DNA from: Prorocentrum cordatum
Taxonomy: Eukaryota
Direction: 5' to 3'
Assembly: GCA_963575745.1 (NCBI GenBank)
Contig: CAUYUJ010000164.1
Location: 1-64,000, forward strand
Length of the DNA: 64,000 bases
Made by a program: the position numbers and the translations under genes. Shown here piece by piece: positions 1 to 10,278 of the stretch. Positions within the stretch are counted from its first letter, which is position 1. Each line of letters begins with the position of its first letter. Below the pieces are notes generated by a model. It saw only the letters and a list, made by a program, of their open reading frames with translations, was not told where the DNA came from and searched no databases.

Positions 1-23
1 ACGCAAAGTCTCACGGTCATCCA

Positions 24-2579
24 GTGGGTGCCAAGCCGTGGCCATGGAGGTCAAGCACACCAGCATCTGGCTCAGCTCACCGCCGACACCACGGAGGGCA
101 TGGACAGCAGCAGCCACGGTACCAGCCCCAGCACAACCAACACCACCACGCCTCCTACCACGACGAGGACCGACAGCAACACAACTACGCCCAGCATCAG
201 CAGCAGCATCAGGACGATCGCACCACAGCGAGAATGAAGCGGTCTTCCTCGAGACGACGCCGCCTGGCCTCCGAGGACACCACCAACGACCACCGACATC
301 TGCAGAAGCTGACGAAACGACAGTTGGAGGTCACTGACAAGGTCACGCCCGCTTTGCTTTCGGATGCCAAGGGACATGAAAGCTTTTCTCTTCCTCCCGA
401 CGAGCCAGACATACGTCGGGTCTGGCACGCAACCAAGGTGGCGAGGATGGCACGTCTCGCCGACCAAGTCCTCGGAGCCAGGCAAGCTCAAGTTGACCCA
501 ACCCGCCTGATCGAGGAGCTGGCCATCGTCAAGACCATGCTACATCTATTGGACACGCCTACTGCTCGCATCGCTCAATACAGATCCCAAGTGGAGTCAC
601 GGATCCAGAGACAGCGGATCGTCGAGAGCCAGCTTCACGACCTCAACAAGGAGCACGACGAGATCAAGCGCGAGATCGCATCCTTCAAGACACTCATCTC
701 CGAGGCCAAACAACATCGAGAACACGCCGACCTTTCTGAAGACAGCTGTGACGGGGGCGGCGAAGATGATGTGCGCCCTCGTGTCAGGGGCAAAACACCA
801 CACCCTGAGGGACGACAGCGACCACTAGTTTGTCAACCCGTGTCCGAGCCAACGCCCGCTTCGACTACCAACGACGACAGCGACCTGCGGAAACTCATCG
901 ACGTGCTGACGAGGAGAGTGGATGAGCAGCAGCGCAACCACGGGATACACCAACACCATCTGGCGTTTCTCCATCATGAACGTGCCGAATCTGAGCAACA
1001 CGAAGCACAGCGTCAACTGCAGACCGAGCAGATTCAGGAGCTTTCGCAACATCTACAACACTGCCAGGAACAGTTTCAGCAAGCACAACTCCAGCAGAGA
1101 CAGTCGCACTACGACGAGATCCAAGTCTTCCGACGGCGCGAGGAGCGGCTCCGATACGAGGCTCGCGAATCCATCACAGAGAACCTGGCTCACTACCAGC
1201 AGAAGGAGGCCTACATGCGCGACCAGCTCAAGGAGGAAGAGTCAGCGCACCTCGCCACTTTCATCACCCAGAGGAAGCAGGAGGAAGAGACTTTCCGACA
1301 CCAGCTACACGAGAACGCCGAGATCATGGTCCAACAATATCAACAACGATGCCACGAACAACAGCAACGTCTTCTCTCCGAGAAAGCTCAGGCTCAGCAG
1401 GAAATCAGCAACATCGCGAGGGTCGAACAGAACCAACTTCAGCATGCCAAGGAGCTACTCTTGGAGGAGTTCGGACAGGTCCAGGCTCAGAAGTACCGCA
1501 CTCTGACGGCCCAGAGCGAGTACAACAGCGAGATCGACAAGCTTCGAGGCACCTCCCGCGACATGCAACGCTTCGGGAACGAACTCCAGGAGCAGCACCA
1601 ACTCCAACTTCAGGAGCACCTTCAGCAACACAGACAGGAGCGCGAGCGACTGCACTGCGAACTGCAGCAAGCCCATGAGCTCGGCACCAGCATCGACGTG
1701 GACATCCTCAGGGAGCTCGACACACAACTTCAAGAACGAGACGAGGAAGACGCACGACTGCAAGCCCAAGCAGACGCCGAACAAGCACAAATCGACCAAC
1801 AGGTACAAGCGGCACTCGACCTGCTGACCCCACCCTCTACCTCCGAGGACTCGGGCTACCAACTCTACCTCAGACACTGCGGCAGCAGCAGCGGTGGACA
1901 GCCTAGCAGCAGCGGACAGCGCAGAAGCACACCACCACCACGACCGACACCTGCGACGCCAACCGCCACTCCTACTGCGCGACGCCCATGCCACGACGCC
2001 GACGACGCCAGCGTGCACACTCCAATCCCAGCTGACGACGACGACCTTTGCAGCCCAACCCCTGTTGCGAGCGACGCATATCCCTTCCCTGCCCCTACGC
2101 CACTACCTACCCCCGCCTTGCATACGCCAATCCCCCCTGAGCAGCCCACGCCCATCGATTTCCACCCACCCGATCTGCAGCACGACCGACCCAGCTCAGC
2201 GCCACCAACACGCACCAGAAGGACAGACCCAAATCGGCACACCCACCCATCCACTACTCTTCTCATTGACATCACTTCCGACGACGATGCACCACCACCT
2301 TCCACCCCAGTGCGCATTCCACTAGCCGACATATCCCCTACCGCACCGATGCAGCCAATCCAACCACCACCCCGCTTCCACCTCGCCACGCCTGACCGCG
2401 CCACCTCCGCTCCTCCACCCCGCACCGCTCTCCGCAAAAACGGATCATCTAGCCGAACGGCCAAGCACAAGAAAGTCCGCATTTGCGACATCGGAGACGG
2501 CTTCGCAGACCCAGGAGACCGTGTGCCAGCCTTCCTCTACGACGAGGAAGCCCCCGCGGTCAACTCACCAAAAAACTAA
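24..2579 (+). CDS. LINE ORF1-like protein (Q/E-rich coiled coil, Pro-rich C-terminus); true start may lie upstream of the window
   Basis: 851-codon open frame immediately 5' of, and overlapping, the pol-like ORF2; heptad-like Q/E/L-rich middle. Confidence 0.7.
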   Translation: MGAKPWPWRSSTPASGSAHRRHHGGHGQQQPRYQPQHNQHHHASYHDEDRQQHNYAQHQQQHQDDRTTARMKRSSSRRRRLASEDTTNDHRHLQKLTKRQLEVTDKVTPALLSDAKGHESFSLPPDEPDIRRVWHATKVARMARLADQVLGARQAQVDPTRLIEELAIVKTMLHLLDTPTARIAQYRSQVESRIQRQRIVESQLHDLNKEHDEIKREIASFKTLISEAKQHREHADLSEDSCDGGGEDDVRPRVRGKTPHPEGRQRPLVCQPVSEPTPASTTNDDSDLRKLIDVLTRRVDEQQRNHGIHQHHLAFLHHERAESEQHEAQRQLQTEQIQELSQHLQHCQEQFQQAQLQQRQSHYDEIQVFRRREERLRYEARESITENLAHYQQKEAYMRDQLKEEESAHLATFITQRKQEEETFRHQLHENAEIMVQQYQQRCHEQQQRLLSEKAQAQQEISNIARVEQNQLQHAKELLLEEFGQVQAQKYRTLTAQSEYNSEIDKLRGTSRDMQRFGNELQEQHQLQLQEHLQQHRQERERLHCELQQAHELGTSIDVDILRELDTQLQERDEEDARLQAQADAEQAQIDQQVQAALDLLTPPSTSEDSGYQLYLRHCGSSSGGQPSSSGQRRSTPPPRPTPATPTATPTARRPCHDADDASVHTPIPADDDDLCSPTPVASDAYPFPAPTPLPTPALHTPIPPEQPTPIDFHPPDLQHDRPSSAPPTRTRRTDPNRHTHPSTTLLIDITSDDDAPPPSTPVRIPLADISPTAPMQPIQPPPRFHLATPDRATSAPPPRTALRKNGSSSRTAKHKKVRICDIGDGFADPGDRVPAFLYDEEAPAVNSPKN

Positions 2580-2625
2580 CCAGGCCCTCACCCCCTGGGG
2601 GGCAACTGGCCCAGGGGGAGCGGCC
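2570..2625 (+). promoter_or_regulatory. Putative -1 programmed ribosomal frameshift signal (A_AAA_AAC plus stem-loop)
   Basis: Heptamer 2570-2576 forms the last ORF1 codons before TAA, and its -1 frame is the ORF2 frame (..TKKLTRP..). A GC stem starts 6 nt later: CCCCCTGGG 2591-2599 pairs with CCCAGGGGG 2610-2618, extended by GGCC 2583-2586/2622-2625. Confidence 0.6.
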
Positions 2626-3243
2626 CAGCATCATACCAGAAGACTACCAGCGCAACGACGGCACTTCCGACTCCTGCAGTGGTTACGCCGACGACGTCAT
2701 GCGCCTCCGGGAGCCCCTCCGAAGGAGGAGCAGATCCGCTGCACTTAAGGGCCCCTTAAGTGCAGCGGGCTGTCTTGGCCTCCGGCAGCCCCCTAAACCC
2801 AACGACACTTCACAAGTTTCACCTACCGTATCATCAGCCACTAGCGACATGCGCGTGGGGGAGAGCGCACCTCCAGATCTTTACGAGCATGGCGACATGT
2901 GGGAAATCCACACACCGCCCAACATGCTACAGCCTAGTAGTGGACCGTGGACCATCCCCTCGGCCGCTACCTCTCGCTTGGGGAGCGCGAGAAGGCTGTC
3001 TCACACAGATCCCACACTAGAGCCACATACGCTAGCGGACCGACCAGATACCGCCACCCAACCTCGACGGCAGCATGTCGACTCACATCCTCCACCAGCG
3101 GAAGCCCAGTCACGGTCGTTCCCGACGATGACGACGCCACCGCCTACGCCTCGAGAGGACGCATCGCTTTGTGAGTACAACACGGGGGGGTGCTGCCGTC
3201 TGTGGCCAGAACGACCAGAGCCACCAACAAGGCATCGACGCAC

Positions 3244-3260
3244 TAGCCATTTTGGCCAAG
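3244..3260 (+). other. Dinoflagellate spliced-leader relic inside the LINE
   Basis: TAGCCATTTTGGCCAAG versus DinoSL TAGCCATTTTGGCTCAAG (one-base deletion), followed directly by ATGGCG. Confidence 0.65.
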
Positions 3261-6200
3261 ATGGCGATCGAGACCGACAATTTTGTGACTCACTGAGCCG
3301 GCCATGTACATCAACTTCCCGCCGGCCACAATCTCCCATTTTTGACTCCCTTGACGCTACCCAGGTCCCACATGGACAGACCGACCTGCCGAATGCGGAG
3401 AGCCACGAGGCGATACGGCATGTTCGTTTCTCTCGCGAAGTTCACACCCGCGACCAGCAGACCGACAATATCCTCTACCACATCGACTTCGACGAACAGG
3501 AGCCCTTACTCCAGCACCTTCGACGACTTCAGGCTCCCAGGCTTACCTTCGACTTCACCGACCGTTGCCACAACAAGGTATCAGACTACATGGTGCGAAC
3601 ATTTCCATACCGACAGCTTCCACGAGATTCTCGCCTGTATTTATACACCGACGGCTCCAAACACCCACGCCAACATGGTCAAGACGGATGGTCGGTTGTA
3701 CTCGTCGGAGAAGACGAAGAAGGCTTCTCTTTTCAAGGCGCAATAGTCGGCAAGCACCGCGACTCCACCCTCGTAGAGATCCAAAACCTCACGGACAACG
3801 AGACCACCTCGACATCCAGCGAGATCACAGCGCTCATCTGGGCGTTCGCCTACATCATCCACAAGGACATCCACCACAGCATTTCGGTCCACTCCGACTC
3901 GCTGGGAGCGATCCAACTGGCCAGGATGGAGGCTTTTACTAACCGCGACGCCCACCTTGTGCAGCTACTGGTGATCATGTACTCGCACGTCAAGGAATAT
4001 GTCGACCGCGTCACGTTCATGCCCACGAGATGAACCCGTGGAACGAAGTTGCCGACGCCGCGGCCAACTACGCCCGAATCGAGGACTACCCGCACCCACA
4101 ACCCGAATGGGCCGACATACTCAACGCGTCCCCTCAGCGCAGCTGGGAATTCCTACTTGATGCCGACAACCACACCAAGGACGCTTACCCATCCTTTTCA
4201 CCTGGGATGCTCAGGGCCCAACGCATCGATACCACGGCAACGACAGCTCACCTTTCGACACCAGCCAAGACCACGAAGACCTCGACCGAGATAGACGTCA
4301 ACATCGCCACCTACAACATCCAGTCAGGGCGCGAACCTGGCCTCGGCGCTCGACGGCGCAAAGAGAAGATCCACAAGCTCAGAAAGACTATGCTCAACCT
4401 GTACATGGAGGACCTCCACCTGATCGGCATCCAGGAAGCCCGCACGCCCTGGGGAGTTCGCAGTGGCAACGACATCACCAGCACGAGTGCGTACGCCTAC
4501 CACGTCATCTCAGGGGGCCACGACCGGTACAACCTCGGCTGCGAGCTCCACATACTCACCAGCAAGCCGTACGGAAAGGCAGGAGCCAAGGACCTCTACT
4601 TCCGCCCCGATCAGTTCACTGTCATCGAGCACAGCCCTCGGCACCTCATAGTAAGGATCGAAGCCCCAGGCTTTCGACACACAGTCCGCGTCGCCCATGC
4701 ACCACATTCACGAGCCACGCCACACGAGAAGGATACCTTCTGGGAGACGATCGAGTGCGCAACCTCTAACCACAATATCAACATCCTCTTCATCGACGCA
4801 AACGCTCGAACGGGCAGCTTATGCAGCCAGGCAATCGGCGATCAAGGCTTCAAGCAAAAGGAGAACGACAACGGCGAACGCTTCCACAAGGTCCTGCAAG
4901 GTAACTCTCTCATCGCCGCGAATACCTTCAAAAGCGGTGGCCAGGACCACTACACCTGGGACTCAGGCAAGGACGTGCACAGACTGGACTACATAGTGGT
5001 TGGCCACGAGCTCTTCGACTCCATCTCCTACACGTCCGTAATGTACGGCATCGACACAGTAGACGACCACTCACACAAGAACGACCACTTCCCTGTCAAG
5101 GCCAACCTCGCCTACACCGTCGAGACCGCCTACCAACGCGGCACGCCCAAGCTCGACATCGCTAAGCTCGACTCCGAGACAGCCAAGAACGACTTTCAAC
5201 GACGCCTGCAGCAGATCCAACACCCTCCCTGGGAGACCAACCTCAACGACCATACTAAGAGCATCGTCGATCAGATAAAGGACGCAGCCTACGCCAGCTT
5301 CAAGAAGCAGCATCATGCCCCCCGCAAGCCCTACATTACCGAGGCCTCCTACGCGCTTCTTCGATTCCGACGCACCCTCCTCAAGACGATCCGCATAGTG
5401 AAAAGGAATGGCATTGGCTCCAAGAAATCACGCAGACGGATCCGATACACCGCGCACCTCATCGCAAACCAGTCGGCTTCAGCGTCCCCTGACGACGTCA
5501 TCCACCTCCTGGACATCCCTGGATACACCAAGTTGATGATCAAGACCATCCTCTTCATCAACCACGCGGACCCCGACCATACCACGGCTCCACACCACGA
5601 CAGCACCTCCTGCACAACCACCTTCACTACTGATCTTTTCGGCTCATACATGAGCTTCATCCAAGATGCCGACCGCGCTCTCAGAAACCGCCTCGACCAC
5701 GACCGCGACGCCCACCTCGAGCGCTTCTCCGACAACATGATATTATCAGCAGCAGGGAATGCCCCTCGGCAGGAATGGGCAAGCGTGAGGGCCTTACTCA
5801 CATATGGCGGCCGTACACCTAAGAGAACTCCGACTCCCAAAATACGCCAAGACGATGACGGCGCTCCACTCACGACGCCACAAGCCATCGCGGAGCACGC
5901 CCTTCGATACTACGGCAACATCGAGAACGGCATCAACACCGACATCGAAGGCGTCGTCAAGTACTACAACAACAAGACTGCGCACACTAAGCCGACCCCC
6001 CACATCGACAACGTCCAGACCATCCACAACCTGACATCCGCCCTGGCAGCCGCCAAGAAAGGCAGACGCGGCGGGCCCGACGGGAACACCGACGACATGG
6101 CACGAGCAGCGCCGCGCCAGATGGCCCGACTTCTGCACCCCATCATGGTGAAGATGCAGCTGATGACGACGGAGCCCATTTCGGCGAAGGGCGGCTTCTC

Positions 6201-6818
6201 CACCCATTTCTCCAAAGGACAAGGACAGCTTCATCTGCAGAAAGCCTACAGGGGCATCCTCCTGAACAACACTATTGGCAAGATCAACAGCAAGTTCCTG
6301 AGAGGCCTCTTCCGCGACATCTTACCCGACCTGCTTATGGACACACAATGCGGCGCCGTCCCTCACAAGGCGACTGACTTCATCACTCACACCGCCTACA
6401 CCTTCTTAGACGACTGCCGTACGCAGGCTCGCACGGGCAGCATCCTCTTCCTGGACTTGAAAGAAGCCTTCCATTCGGTAATCAGGGAGTTCATTTTCCA
6501 GCTGCCGACTCAGGAGGACGAGCTCGAAGACGTCATCGACAACATCGAGATTACCATCTGCCTTCTTCCCTCTCTACGACAACGCCTTCGCTGTCCAGCA
6601 CATCTCAACGCCCACGTCGACGACTCTCACCTCTGCGCCCTCGTTGCCGACCACCACACGGCCAACTGGATGACCGCCAAGGGCACCGACGCATACGTGA
6701 TCCCTCGCACCAGTACCAGGCCAGGGGTGCCATACTCCGACGCGGCTTTCAACATGCACTTCTCCCTGGTGCTTCAGGCCATCGCCGACGACGCTGAAAG
6801 GGCAGAAGACGCGGCGAG

Positions 6819-6840
6819 AAAAAAAAAAAAAAAAAAAAAA

Positions 6841-6885
<45 letters not shown>

Positions 6886-6982
6886 AAAAAAAAAAAAATG
6901 AACAAAAAAAAAAAAAAAAAAAAAAAAAAACAAAAAAAAAAAAAAGAAAAAAAAATAAAAAAGAAAACAAAAAAAAAAAAAA

Positions 6983-7056
<74 letters not shown>

Positions 7057-7093
7057 AAAAAAAAAAAGAAAAAAAAAAAAAAAAAAAAAAAAA

Positions 7094-7162
<69 letters not shown>
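6819..7162 (+). repeat. Impure poly(A) tract interrupting the RT domain
   Basis: About 340 nt of A with scattered C/G/T, between the RT RPGVPYS motif and SFVDD. Confidence 0.9.
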
Positions 7163-7166
<4 letters not shown>

Positions 7167-10110
7167 GGCCACCACATCCGCCCCTGCGACAACCCGCTCT
7201 TCTCTACGGCTCCTCATCACGGCGGCAAGCTGACCAACATGTCCTTCGTCGATGACCTCACCGACTTCAACTCGACCACCCGCCACTCCGACATCATTGA
7301 CATTACGAGAACTTCAGCCGAACGACTATGCCGTACAGCATTCACCTACGGGCTCAAGCCACACCCAGACAAGACCAAGGTCATCCTCTCCTTTAACGGG
7401 ACGGGATCCAACGTCGCACGCAGTAGGCTTGCACAGCAGAACATTACATCAATCCAGCTGAGCATCATGTCGATCTCGGTCCAGATCACAGACCAGCACC
7501 GACTCTTAGGCACCATCCTCACCAGCGGCAGCATGGGCCCCGAGGTGCAGAATCGCATGCGACGAACCGACGCTTCGGCACGAGCTCTTGAGAGGCAAAT
7601 CCTACGACGTCGACGCCTACCCCGCAAAACAAAGATCAAGTACGTGCACGCCCTCTCGACTGCCTCATTAACCTTCAACCACCACGTCTGGCCAGCACTG
7701 ACCCAGACTGACCACCAGCGCATCTCCAATGCCTACTCGAAGCCCTATCGCACGGCAGCTGGAATACCCAAAGCTAACTCGCAGCTTCATCATTTCACGG
7801 CCACCGAAGTAGTAGCCTACACTGGCATCCCCGACTTCGACCACCACCAGTCTGCTGGAAGGCTGCGATACTTACCACGGCTTCTACGATACGCTCCTCA
7901 GCAGCTCCTCCAACTGCTTGACAACCAGCGACGGAGAAAGGGCTCATGGACATACATGCTTTTCCAGGACTTCGACTTCCTGCGCACATACCTGGACGAC
8001 CAGCGCTGGCCCACGACCAGCAAGCTCGACTCCGACGTTTTTGCATGGGCACGCGCCACGCCGAAGCACTTCAGCAACTCCGTCAACCTGGCTGTCACAA
8101 ACTACATCCGCGCATCCAAAGACCGCGCCCACGTCGACAAGCTGACCAAGGTGCTCAGACCCGACGGTCCCATTGGTGCGGACCCCACGCCATCACGCGA
8201 CAACGGCGCCAGCAACTTCATCTGCTACGAGTGTGGAATCGTTACCAAGACCAAGCAGGGCATGGCAATACATATCGGACGTGAACACCGACGACCTGAG
8301 CATCCGCGAAACTGGGCATCGGGTACATCGTGCAGAATATGCCGCAAGAACTTCCACTCCTTCGCCAAGCTCGTGAAGCATCTAACTACGGTCGCCCGCT
8401 GCCGACGGTCTTGGCACCTGTGGTATTTACAAGGGCCTGCCCTCACGGAAGAGGACGTGGCCACCAATCAGGCGACATACGCAGCCAGCATAGCCGACAA
8501 CAAACGCAGAGGCCGCCCCGAACTATACCACCCTATCCCTGCCCACGCATCCGACGTCACTCCCTTACCCTCCCTTGACCTTTCACCATCACCACCGCCA
8601 TTCTTCCCGACGGTACCAGCGATTACACCACCACCACCAGCCTACTACCCTCGGACACCGACCAGAAACAGATCTCTGCTTTACCTCACCAACATTGACA
8701 GACACCCGAACGATCTGCTCGACACTACGGACCAACGACTATGCTACAATGGAATGGTGATGGAACGGGTTACTCTGACCTTCGATGACCTCTACTCTGT
8801 CGACCACCCATCTCAGTACGACGCCCTCGACTCGCTCCACCAGCACATACGACAAGGCGACTTTGCTGGAGTGATGATCAACCTCTCACCCAGCACGTGG
8901 ATCGACCAAGTCGATGGCTACCCGCCCGACAGAACGGCAGCATCTTCCAGAACGACCACGGACCCCTGGGGCAGAGTAAACCTTGGAGGTGAGGCAGCCG
9001 AACGCCGATTGATTGCGAACCACCACGCCCGCCTCGCCATCCACACCTTCCACGCGGCTCACGTCGCCGAAGTACCAGCACTACTAGCGCAATCCTCAGC
9101 CCCAGCAGGTCCGTCAGTGATGTGGAATACTGAGATGATGCTCTACGCTACGGAGAACCTTGCTACGAGACGACCGACCATCATAGACGACGCCAGCAGC
9201 CTCTACGCCATCTACTTCGGCCTCTCCCAGGACCACGGTAATCCCCTCGACGACTTCGTCACCTCCATTTTGGGCAGTCTGCCCCAGCTTGGTCGGACAG
9301 CAGCCGCTGATCCGACGACCCGATCTGGCCGTAACATGGCCCAAGACGATCGAGACAGGCGCCCACCACGGCAAGACGGCCGCAGTGCTCACGGCGGCCG
9401 CCAGCCCCATCCTGGACGCCCCCTCGAGGGCGAGGGGGGGGAGGACTCGGTTCAGGCCTGACCGAACCGAGCCGCCGCCGGCGGGCCGCCGCCTGCGCGC
9501 AGGCCGTCACGGGGGTTTTTTTCCCTTCCTCTTCAGGCCTTTACTGAGCCCCCTCTCCCTCCTTCCTCGTCCCCGAAACTCCTGGGCCCGTTTTCTCGGT
9601 CCTTTTCGGCCCCCGCCCCTCTGGCGGGAGCATGTCGGGGGGTGACCCCCCCCCAGGCGCCTCGGGCGCGCGCGCGTAGCTTCGGCCGCGCGGACGGCTG
9701 CGTCCAACTGGACATCGAGCCGATAGCGATAGCGATAGCGATAGGGAGGGAGGGAGGGAGGGAGGGAGGGCCAGCGGGCGGGGGGGGCGCGGGGATGGGA
9801 GCGCGCACGCAGACCGAGGGAGACCGCCGCGCGCGCGCGCCGAGGGAGCACGTCCGAGCAGTGCGCGGCGAGGGCCGAGGCGGCACAGTCTCGGGTCGGG
9901 CGAAAGGGGCCCAGATGGTCTGGTACCGGAAATTTTCGGTAGCGATTTCGACGCACCCCGAATTTCGGTAGCGACCGGATCTTCGTTTGAGGACGTTGAA
10001 ATAGCGGATTTCAGAACGGTCTGATACCGGTATTGGGCGCTACATTTCGGTATTTCGGTAGCGACCGATCTCTGCGGAGCGCTACCGGAAATTTTCGGTA
10101 GCGGACCATC

Positions 10111-10278
10111 AGGGGGGGGATAGCAAAGGGGGGGTTTGAGAATCAGCTCGCGTAGCTGGTTTTCCCGGCGCCTCCCGGCGCCAGAGGCGGCTATGCATCG
10201 AGGAATGAGCCCCTGGGTGAGGCCGAAACCAGCTGCATGCAGCAAATTTCGTACCCCCCCCTTTCCCAATACCCCCCT
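10111..10278. mobile_element. MITE-like repeat, G-rich TIR family (copy 1)
   Basis: Ends AGGGGGGGGATAGCAAAGGGGGGG ... CCCCCCCTTTCCCAATACCCCCCT are imperfect inverted repeats; similar copy at 22360-22527. Confidence 0.65.

Larger units (their letters stand above)
1..9461 (+). mobile_element. Non-LTR retrotransposon (LINE), two ORFs, 5' end probably outside window, disrupted copy
   Basis: Long coiled-coil ORF1 followed by co-oriented ORFs carrying RNase H, APE endonuclease, RT and C2H2 motifs. The 3' boundary is approximate. Confidence 0.9.
2570..9461 (+). pseudogene. LINE ORF2 polyprotein: RNase H (~3635-4075), APE endonuclease (~4297-5100), reverse transcriptase (~6050-7400), two C2H2 fingers (~8218-8385), degenerate C5-DNA-methyltransferase-like tail (~8670-9230)
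   Basis: RNase H: LYTDGSK, SSEITAL, VHSDS, AHEMNPWNEVAD. APE: ATYNIQ, GIQEAR, DANAR, RLDYI, NDHFPV. RT: GPDG, YRGILL, FLDLKEAFHSV, RPGVPYS, SFVDD. Fingers: CYEC..HIGREH, CRIC..HL. Broken by a frameshift near 4025 and an A-rich insert at 6819-7162. Confidence 0.85.

Noticed and set aside
6819..7162. Poly-lysine domain in LINE ORF2
   Set aside because: Product of the A-tract insertion or artefact; RT motifs flank it and the frame shifts.
1..9461. LTR retrotransposon interpretation prompted by the gag-pol-like frameshift
   Set aside because: APE endonuclease and LINE-type RT are present; no protease, integrase or LTR seen.
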